DNA of 64,000 nucleotides from an uncultured bacterium (GTDB lineage: Bacteria > Oederibacteriota > Oederibacteriia > Oederibacteriales > Oederibacteriaceae): assembly GCA_965112635.1 (NCBI GenBank), contig OZ218778.1, positions 2,752,001-2,816,000 on the forward strand. Direction: 5' to 3'. This document shows positions 57,449 through 64,000 of this stretch, one piece after another. The notes under the pieces are model-generated. The model did not search any database. It saw nothing but the letters and a program-made list of their open reading frames with translations, and was not told the DNA's origin. How positions within the stretch are numbered: position 1 is the stretch's first letter; each line of letters opens with the position of its first letter. The translations under genes were made by a program, and so were the position numbers.

Positions 57449-58576
57449 CTAGGAATGAATTCCCAGCTCTTTTTCCAGCTCCCTGGCCTGCCCTGGGGTT
57501 TCGGCCCTGGTGGTCACAAAAACCCCGGTCCGGTCGAACCTGCGGCAGAAATTCACCACCTCGGCCGGAGGCAGGATCACCACCAGCCTTTTCCCCGCTT
57601 TTTGGATGCGGTCGTAAAGAGGGTACCATTGCGGGTCTTCCCACTGGGGCTTTCCTGCCCCAGGCACCCATTGGATACCGCCCAGTTCAGGGATGTCCAG
57701 CAGGGTATCCAGGTGCGGTATCTGACCCATTCCGTCCCAGTGGTAAATACTATGCTGCAGGAACCGGCACTGGTCCCTCAAAATGGGCCCCTCTATTTTT
57801 TCGAAATGTTTGGGTGAGATCATATAGGAAAAATCAGCCTGCAAAGGCGACCAGCGCTGGGGCGACCAGGGCCCCATCCAGGCCGCCGAAGTCCCCTCGT
57901 CGCCTTCTGCCCGGTGGAGCTGGTAGACCTCCTCGTAAGCCTGCTTCCACAGTTCGTTGATATGCCGGCAGGCCTCCAGGACCAGGTCCGGCTCAGCGGC
58001 CACATCCTCGAGAAGCTGGAGGCTCGTGCGCAGGGAAGAAAGGATATCCATGACCCCGCCCAGGTCAATGATGCTGATGGCGTACCGGTCTTTCCTGTTG
58101 CTCAGGAACATCCGGGACAGCTCCAGAGTTTTTTTCCACCAGTATTGCTCCGGGTCCAGCTTCAGGGACAGGATCTTGTCCCAGGCCATGGGTTCAGGAA
58201 GCTCGAACCAGCTGGTCTCGCCTTCCTTGCTGAACTGGAGGAAGCCCGTGAGGCAGGCCGCCAAAGAGCCCGGCCCAAAATTGGTGAACAGCATCGGGTA
58301 AGCGTCCCCGTAATAACCCTGAGCGGCAAAATGAGCGTCGAACTTTTCCAAAAGCTCCGGGAAGGTAGCGTTGCCGTCCTTGCCCGGTCCGGTCAGCCAC
58401 TGCAGCAGCCACCACCAGGGGTCTTCGTTCAAGACCCAGCTGAATTTTTTTGGGGTTTTTGGGGCGTCCGGCTTGAGGCAGGTGATCTCCGCCAGGGGGC
58501 CGCAATGGGGGTCATTCCAAAAACGGGTGAATCTTTCTTTGGTGCGGGGCCAGTTAGGGGCCAAACCTGGTTCCAC
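57449..58576 (-). CDS. URO-D/MT2-fold TIM-barrel protein of unknown function (paralog B)
   Basis: Same motifs as 51942-53057, with long near-identical stretches (NFGPGSLAACLTGFL.FSKEG.TSWFEL.EPMAWDKI). Confidence 0.7.
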   Translation of the reverse strand: MEPGLAPNWPRTKERFTRFWNDPHCGPLAEITCLKPDAPKTPKKFSWVLNEDPWWWLLQWLTGPGKDGNATFPELLEKFDAHFAAQGYYGDAYPMLFTNFGPGSLAACLTGFLQFSKEGETSWFELPEPMAWDKILSLKLDPEQYWWKKTLELSRMFLSNRKDRYAISIIDLGGVMDILSSLRTSLQLLEDVAAEPDLVLEACRHINELWKQAYEEVYQLHRAEGDEGTSAAWMGPWSPQRWSPLQADFSYMISPKHFEKIEGPILRDQCRFLQHSIYHWDGMGQIPHLDTLLDIPELGGIQWVPGAGKPQWEDPQWYPLYDRIQKAGKRLVVILPPAEVVNFCRRFDRTGVFVTTRAETPGQARELEKELGIHS

Positions 58577-58585
58577 GAGGACTCC

Positions 58586-59395
58586 CTAGAACTCGAACAG
58601 TTTTAACTTTTTAAGCGCGCCAGCCCGATAATGCCTTTTTCCATCCCTGTATTCGTCCTGGTCCTCTTTGGTTTTGAGCTTGCCCGGCACTTCCAGGCTC
58701 ATCAAATATTCCATGGTCCTTTTGAAATCCTGCTCTATCTTCTGGCAGGATAAGGGGTCATAGCCCCGCTCCATGCCGTAGAGATAGCTCCGCTCGTCCT
58801 TATAGGCCCAGTCCGCTTTGGTCCCCGCCTTGACCTCAGGGATCGTGTAAACGCCCTGGTCCACCAGGGCCAGCACAAAGGACCTGGCGGCCTTGAACTT
58901 TTCCGCCACTTTGTAGACCCTGAGCCTTTCCAGCACGGTCGCGGTCTTCATAAATTGGTTGCCCATGGTCCGCAGTTCCTTGGTCAGGCTGGCCAGTTCG
59001 CTGAGTCTTTCCTTGTTCTGGTAGCGGTACCCCAAAAGCTCGCTCCAGCGGTAAAAGGTCCTGCCCATGCGTTCCAGCAGTTGGGCCTGGTGGCCTTTGA
59101 TGCCGGTCTCCTTGAAAAAATATTCGAACGAAGCCTCGGCTTCCTCAGGATGTCCGCCGTAAACATATTGCAGGTATTTCAAGGGATGGGAAATGGTAAA
59201 AGGCTGGTCCAGCATTTTGCCGTAGGTGGGTATTTCCTCCGGCCCGAAAGTCACCTCGCCGAAAGGGTCGTCCAGGTAATGCCTGGTCTCTTCTGCCGGC
59301 GTCTGGCCCCGCGCCCCCGGAGCCGCAAAAACAACCCCGAGCAGCAACAGCACGCACCCAAGTTTGATAAATTTCCGCAAAATGACTCCCGTCAA
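58586..59395 (-). CDS. hypothetical secreted helical protein
   Basis: Signal peptide (RKFIKLGCVLLLLGVVFAAPGARG); no recognised motif. Confidence 0.65.
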   Translation of the reverse strand: MTGVILRKFIKLGCVLLLLGVVFAAPGARGQTPAEETRHYLDDPFGEVTFGPEEIPTYGKMLDQPFTISHPLKYLQYVYGGHPEEAEASFEYFFKETGIKGHQAQLLERMGRTFYRWSELLGYRYQNKERLSELASLTKELRTMGNQFMKTATVLERLRVYKVAEKFKAARSFVLALVDQGVYTIPEVKAGTKADWAYKDERSYLYGMERGYDPLSCQKIEQDFKRTMEYLMSLEVPGKLKTKEDQDEYRDGKRHYRAGALKKLKLFEF

Positions 59396-59455
59396 AAAAG
59401 TTTCTGGTGAATTTCATTCAATTGTAGCTGAAACTGGCCAACTTGCTACCCCGGT

Positions 59456-60241
59456 TCAGCGTCCTGCCGGTGTTGGGGTCAGGTCCGGCTGGGGATTGCC
59501 CAGATCAAAAAAGTCGGCCTCGACCTTCCCGCTCTGATACACGCTGTAAAGGCCGTATTCGCCTTTGGCTTGCTTGCCTAAAACAGTGTTGACCTGGTTA
59601 AAACACGGAGTGCCGTAAACTTTTAAGTGCCGGTGCACATTCACCCGGCCCGTGATCATCACCCGGACATTGGCGTATTTAATAAGGGTGGTCCAGGGCT
59701 CGTCCGTCTCCATGGGCTTGGATAGGTCCAGGGCGTAATCATCCTTGGCCGGCGGGACCGGCTGGCAGTAAATGACGGGCTTGCTAGCCGCTACCCGGTC
59801 CAGCTCTTGCTTGAGCCAGTCCATGGGCAAAGTGGCTCCGCAAATCCAGATAAAATGAATGCCCTTGTGGTCAAAGCTATAGGCCGGGCTGGCCTGGAAT
59901 TCCTTTAGCCAGGTCTTGTTGGGCTTGAACTTTTTCTCGTCGTCTCCGGGCAAGGCATAGACCTGGACCTTGCTTTGGCTGGCCATCTCTTTGAGCCGAA
60001 TCAAACTCTCCAAAGTCTGCCCGCTCCAGTCTCCCAGCACCAGGATAAAATCGGGCTTTTGCCCGGCCATCTGCTTGAGGCAGGGCTTGAGCCCCAGCCA
60101 CTGCCCTGTGGGCGTCAGGGGCGTATAGGCGATGACCCCGAATTTGAACAGCAGGCTGTCCGTATCCTGCGCCCGGCCGATGGTTCCGGAAACCAGGACA
60201 ACCGCAACTAACAATAAAATCACTGCAAGCAATCTATTCAT
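59456..60241 (-). CDS. secreted calcineurin-like metallophosphoesterase-fold protein with degenerate metal ligands
   Basis: FKFGVI, PDFILVLGD, YALPGDDE, YSFDHKGIHFI, MITGRVN; spacing matches the MPE fold. Confidence 0.7.
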   Translation of the reverse strand: MNRLLAVILLLVAVVLVSGTIGRAQDTDSLLFKFGVIAYTPLTPTGQWLGLKPCLKQMAGQKPDFILVLGDWSGQTLESLIRLKEMASQSKVQVYALPGDDEKKFKPNKTWLKEFQASPAYSFDHKGIHFIWICGATLPMDWLKQELDRVAASKPVIYCQPVPPAKDDYALDLSKPMETDEPWTTLIKYANVRVMITGRVNVHRHLKVYGTPCFNQVNTVLGKQAKGEYGLYSVYQSGKVEADFFDLGNPQPDLTPTPAGR

Positions 60242-60268
60242 ATTCTCTCCCCTGCCGATTATCCTTAA

Positions 60269-61036
60269 TTATCTTTCTTGCTTTTTCACCAGATGCGGGA
60301 TTTGTTTCCAGTCAAACCCCAGCAGCTGGGCCGCAGTCCTGTCCACTTCCACAGGATCAAACCCGGCCACGAGCTTATTGACTGGAGGGTCGCATTGCCG
60401 TCCGCCCATATGATATTCCTGCAGGCCGATGGTCGCGTCCAAAACCGTCAGATCCGGGGTGCGGTAACGGTTCAGCTCAATGATGGACTCGTGCATGCGG
60501 CTGTGAAAAGCTGATTTTTTCCAGTGCCCGCCCTGCTGGTAATACTTGGGCGGGGCAAAGCCCATCATGTTCTTGAGCGTGCCGGTGATCTTGGCAAAGC
60601 TGTGGGCCTTGAGCACAGGCACGGAAATGACAAAATGGCTTAGGGCTATTTCCGGCAGATGGAACTCAGGGAACACCTTGCAAGACTTGTTCTTGCACAG
60701 CAGGGTTTTGGCGTGGTTTAAATCCACCAGGGGAACTTGCAGCCTCTGGGAAAGCTCGGTGTAACCCAGCACCTTGAAAGACTGGTCGGTCTCATGCTGG
60801 GCTGCGCCGCACCCCTCGGCAATCACTACTTCGGCTTTGGAGCAGGCCCGTATGTATTTAACAATAGCCTCGCAGCACTGCACCGGCGTGGTCACCGGCG
60901 GCGCAATGGCCTCTACCAGGTTGGGTTTGATGAGGATGGCCTTTTGCCTGGCCAGCACCTCAGCGCCGCCTATCCCATCCAGCGCTTCCTTGACGGACTT
61001 TTCGTAAGAGACGAATTCTACGATTTGCATAGCCAT
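60269..61036 (-). CDS. DUF362 domain (Fe-S) protein
   Basis: ILIKPNLV, IAEG, SVPVLKAH, TLKNMMG, DPVEVD. Confidence 0.88.
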   Translation of the reverse strand: MAMQIVEFVSYEKSVKEALDGIGGAEVLARQKAILIKPNLVEAIAPPVTTPVQCCEAIVKYIRACSKAEVVIAEGCGAAQHETDQSFKVLGYTELSQRLQVPLVDLNHAKTLLCKNKSCKVFPEFHLPEIALSHFVISVPVLKAHSFAKITGTLKNMMGFAPPKYYQQGGHWKKSAFHSRMHESIIELNRYRTPDLTVLDATIGLQEYHMGGRQCDPPVNKLVAGFDPVEVDRTAAQLLGFDWKQIPHLVKKQER

Positions 61037-61228
61037 ACCTATCTATTTTCGACCTAAATGGGCTAAAGTCAAATTCTAAATCGGTGAGTAGAAAGCATTG
61101 ATAGTGGTGCTAAAATTGACGCTGGGCGGCTATTTCAGGCATACAGAAAATTAAAAAAGCTCCCTTGAGTTAATTCTGTTCCGGAAGAATTTACGTGACC
61201 ACTACATACATTAAAAATTGAAATAAAT

Positions 61229-61741
61229 TTAATGACAAAAAAGTGGTGATATAATAATTCCTAGAGTCATGCCAATAAACAACCCTGCTAATAAACCACC
61301 CTGCTTTGAGTCATTTGGTGATAACGATGCACCTAGTATGCATCCAATACCACCCCCAACAATGCCAACACCAACAGAACATAAGGATTTAACGATTAAT
61401 TTATCCGTATCATTTGTTTGAGATGTTTGGGTTAACGTACTTGTAGATTGGTCGGGAATATTGTTCTGAGCTAGAACAAGTACACCCACATAATCATTTT
61501 TATTTTGGTTCAAATTCGACTTGTCAAATAGCCCTGCCTTACCCTTTTCTATCCAGATATCATCACAGAGGGCATGACTACCATCATCCGATTTATTCAC
61601 AACCCCCTTTTCAATTATTCTCTGATTACTGGCAAGAGGTAAACCAGAATTCAATGCCAACGCCGAACCAGCTGGCAGTACAACTATTAATAATGACAAC
61701 ACTATTGATGTCTCTTTTGTAATTCGGTTAATAAATTTCAC
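61229..61741 (-). CDS. hypothetical secreted/membrane protein with C-terminal glycine-zipper helices, low GC
   Basis: Signal peptide; VGVGIVGGGIG...GGLLAGLFIG. Confidence 0.55.
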   Translation of the reverse strand: MKFINRITKETSIVLSLLIVVLPAGSALALNSGLPLASNQRIIEKGVVNKSDDGSHALCDDIWIEKGKAGLFDKSNLNQNKNDYVGVLVLAQNNIPDQSTSTLTQTSQTNDTDKLIVKSLCSVGVGIVGGGIGCILGASLSPNDSKQGGLLAGLFIGMTLGIIISPLFCH

Positions 61742-62154
61742 TTTTCCTCCACCAACCTAAAATCATTGTCAACTACCCCCTCATTTATCCTATTAATTAG
61801 ACTTGTCGTATGAGTTACTACCTCTAGTCCATCACTGCCCTTCATAATAGTTTTTATCTTTACCGGCATCCATTTCCCCTTGATTTTTTCAATCTCCTCC
61901 ACCTGTAGATCAACTACAATGTCTCCCTTACGGTTTAAAAACTTGGCATCCGTGATGAACCCTTTCTCAACATTTACAGTCCAAATCATAGGTGGCATCA
62001 TCTCTGTTTCTTTTTTTGGCAATGTCTTGACAACACATATATTTTCTTCCGGTTTGCTGGTTTTATGGTCTATCTCAATATCGTAACCTTTCATCAATTC
62101 TTTCAGGCTTGTTCCCATATCCATATTGCCCTTGATCTGGTTCATCATGCTCAC
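61738..62154 (-). CDS. LolA-like/lipoprotein-sorting-fold fragment, probably 5'-truncated
   Basis: IWTVNVEKG...EKIKGKWMPVKI...INEGVVDNDF resembles LolA-like C-termini. No signal peptide, and an upstream in-frame TAG. Confidence 0.45.
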   Translation of the reverse strand: MSMMNQIKGNMDMGTSLKELMKGYDIEIDHKTSKPEENICVVKTLPKKETEMMPPMIWTVNVEKGFITDAKFLNRKGDIVVDLQVEEIEKIKGKWMPVKIKTIMKGSDGLEVVTHTTSLINRINEGVVDNDFRLVEEK

Positions 62155-62441
62155 ATCTGCCTTATGATGATGTGTAGTGTGTAACCAAATTCTTTCTGGA
62201 ATAACAGAGGTCTAAGGCAAAGGATACCGCCTACTAAGGAGCTGGTCAATGCCAGCCAAGGAGGCGGAAACAACTACCCAAGCAGAGAATACATCCTTTC
62301 CAAGGGCATCTGGAACACAAGCCAAGGAAGTATTTTTTCCAGGCCTTAGTCCTATCAATCTAAGGCAAGCTTTTCTCCAATTTTATCAGCCTCCTCATTC
62401 ACATCCAACCCGCGCACCAAGCCCTGGCTGGCCCAGGAATA

Positions 62442-63407
62442 TCAGCCCTGGCCGGAATTGCTCGTTTTCGGCTGATAGTACACATCGCTGGTCGTGCCTT
62501 TTCGTTCTATCCTGGCCTGGTCCACCAGACCCTTCAATAACCGCTGGCAGGTCCTTTGCCTGAGGCTGAACCTGGCCGTGAGGTCATCCACCGTCGCCCT
62601 GCCTTTTTCCTCTATATAGAGCGCCACCTGCTCGCTCATTTTAGAGATGACCCTTTGCCTTGTTTTCCTGGGATGACCGGCCTGGTTTTGGCCCTGAGCC
62701 GGCCCAACTGCCCCGCTCCCGGGTTTAACAGCCTCTCCGGCCTGGCTCCCCGTACCGGACCCTTTCTGATCGTCCTCTCTCCCCAAATCCCCGGTATCCA
62801 GCATGGAAAGGACGAATAAAGCCAGCAAACGGTCTTTCCAGGGAATGGCCAGGGCTTTTTTGATGGCCTGCGCCTCTGTAGCCGCGGCCTGCGCACCAAT
62901 GCTTTTGGCGTGAGCTAGGAACCGCTGGCTCAGCCATTGCAAAGGCGCCAGGATCAGGCAAAACTTGATGGTCAGATCAAGGAAAATAATGTTGTTGAAA
63001 TCTTTGTCCCCCAAATAGAATCCGAGTGAATAAGCGCCCAGGATATGCAGGGTGAGCCAGAACAGGACCCAGAAGAACAAGGCATTGATGGAGATTAGCT
63101 CCTGCCAGCCAGGACTGGGCGTTTCCAGGCCCGCGCCAAACCGCGCCCAGGCCCTGAACTCCCGCCAAAGGACATAGAGGCACAGGAGGGTGATATAAAT
63201 GACGAATAAATGGCCAATTTGGGAGAAGTCATTAATGACGTTGATATCATTCCCAAAAGACCTAAAAAAACCAGGGCAATGGGTAAATAGAAAGCCAGTC
63301 AGGCGCATAGAGCGGACTCTAAGAAGAATAAGGGCCAGATGCAGGCTGCCGCTCACCCAGACCAGCCTGGCCAGGGTGCTTTGGGGGAATTTGATGAGTT
63401 TAAACAT
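62442..63407 (-). CDS. multi-TM protein with C-terminal winged helix-turn-helix
   Basis: 4-5 TMs, Gly/Ser/Gln linker, then YIEEKGRATVDDLTARFSLRQRTCQRLLKGLVDQARIERKG...YY wHTH. Confidence 0.75.
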   Translation of the reverse strand: MFKLIKFPQSTLARLVWVSGSLHLALILLRVRSMRLTGFLFTHCPGFFRSFGNDINVINDFSQIGHLFVIYITLLCLYVLWREFRAWARFGAGLETPSPGWQELISINALFFWVLFWLTLHILGAYSLGFYLGDKDFNNIIFLDLTIKFCLILAPLQWLSQRFLAHAKSIGAQAAATEAQAIKKALAIPWKDRLLALFVLSMLDTGDLGREDDQKGSGTGSQAGEAVKPGSGAVGPAQGQNQAGHPRKTRQRVISKMSEQVALYIEEKGRATVDDLTARFSLRQRTCQRLLKGLVDQARIERKGTTSDVYYQPKTSNSGQG

Positions 63408-63414
63408 GGGAGGC

Positions 63415-63443
63415 ATTATACCAAAGGCTCCGTCTTGCGCCAA
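63415..63443 (-). promoter_or_regulatory. sigma70 promoter giving a leaderless mRNA for the TM-wHTH gene
   Basis: TTGGCG (63438-43), 17 nt spacer, TGgTATAAT (63415-20), ATG 7 nt later, no SD. Confidence 0.65.
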
Positions 63444-63590
63444 TAAGGCAGCCTTGCCTTATCTCGCGCCAATTAAGGAGCGCAGGCAGGACGTTTTAAC
63501 TATTACAGCTATTAAACAAATATAATATCCCTCTGGGCCATCTTACGCCAATAAGCCATCCACCCTGCATCCCCATCTTACGCCAATGAA
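63433..63590. repeat. four direct repeats TCTYRCGCCAAT (operator-like)
   Basis: 63433 TCTTGCGCCAATAAG; 63462 TCTCGCGCCAATTAAG; 63541 TCTTACGCCAATAAG; 63576 TCTTACGCCAATGAA. Also inverted repeat ATAAGGCA-gcct-TGCCTTAT at 63443-62. Confidence 0.8.
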
Positions 63591-63607
63591 CTTACCTTGC
63601 GGCTGTT

Positions 63608-64000
63608 TTACCACTTGTCGTAATGGATGATCTCGCTCAGGGGCTTGCGGTTCAAGGTCCCGGTGTCCAGGGAATAGCCCAGCGGGGTCATGGCCAAAAT
63701 CTGGATGCCTGCTGGCACTCCCAGGGTTTCCCTGGCCTTTTCTTCATTGAGCGCTCCCACCCAGCAGGTCCCCAGACCTTCGTTATAAGCGGCCAGGACC
63801 AGGTGGGTCATGGCAATACCCAGGTCAACCATGGCTTCATTAAGCCCGTCCTTGCGCACCCAAGCCTTGGACTGGTCCACGCATCCTACGATAATTACCG
63901 GCGCCGTATAAAACCAAATATTCGGATATGCCTCTTTTAATTTGGTCTTGACCTTTTCGTCCTTGACCACGATAAAATGCCAAGGTTGCCTGTTGGCTGC
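63608..64000 (-). CDS. nitroreductase family protein (5' partial)
   Basis: AANRQPWHFIVV at window edge, DLGIAMTHLVLAAYNEGLGTCWVG, LGY, RKPLSEI. Confidence 0.93.
   Translation of the reverse strand, partial: AANRQPWHFIVVKDEKVKTKLKEAYPNIWFYTAPVIIVGCVDQSKAWVRKDGLNEAMVDLGIAMTHLVLAAYNEGLGTCWVGALNEEKARETLGVPAGIQILAMTPLGYSLDTGTLNRKPLSEIIHYDKW

Noticed and set aside
63433-63590. Four repeats as a mini-CRISPR
   Set aside because: Repeats are only 12-15 nt with irregular spacing; an operator or iteron role fits better.

Overview
About 64 kb of GC-rich, gene-dense bacterial chromosome, mostly on the minus strand. I found no tRNA, rRNA, CRISPR array or intact transposase. The housekeeping blocks are nadE; typA-ispD-PIN/TRAM-radA-mlaDFE-alr-dnaB-rplI-DUF2232-rpsR-ssb-rpsF; and galK-galT-tmk-rluD-lgt-lspA-ileS-mtnA-PNP-yggT-proC. 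These are interleaved with carbohydrate genes (GH57, GH5-like+CBM, sulfatase, GH36) and a probable uncharacterised sugar pathway (araD/nagB-like/pfkB/fucI-like) bracketed by two URO-D-fold paralogs. The most striking region is 30.1-39.7 kb. It holds two divergent units, each with secreted proteins ending in a T9SS-like C-terminal sorting domain (CTD) followed directly by its own PorV/PorQ-like beta-barrel. One cargo consists only of signal peptide, linker and CTD. Between the two units lies an unusual 859-aa membrane class III nucleotidyl cyclase. The right end carries a low-GC patch and a membrane-tethered wHTH gene whose leaderless promoter is overlapped by a four-copy direct repeat. The mix of Firmicute-like gene order with Mla and PorV-like genes suggests a diderm, possibly candidate-phylum organism (inference only). 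All calls come from motif recognition by eye; no searches were run.
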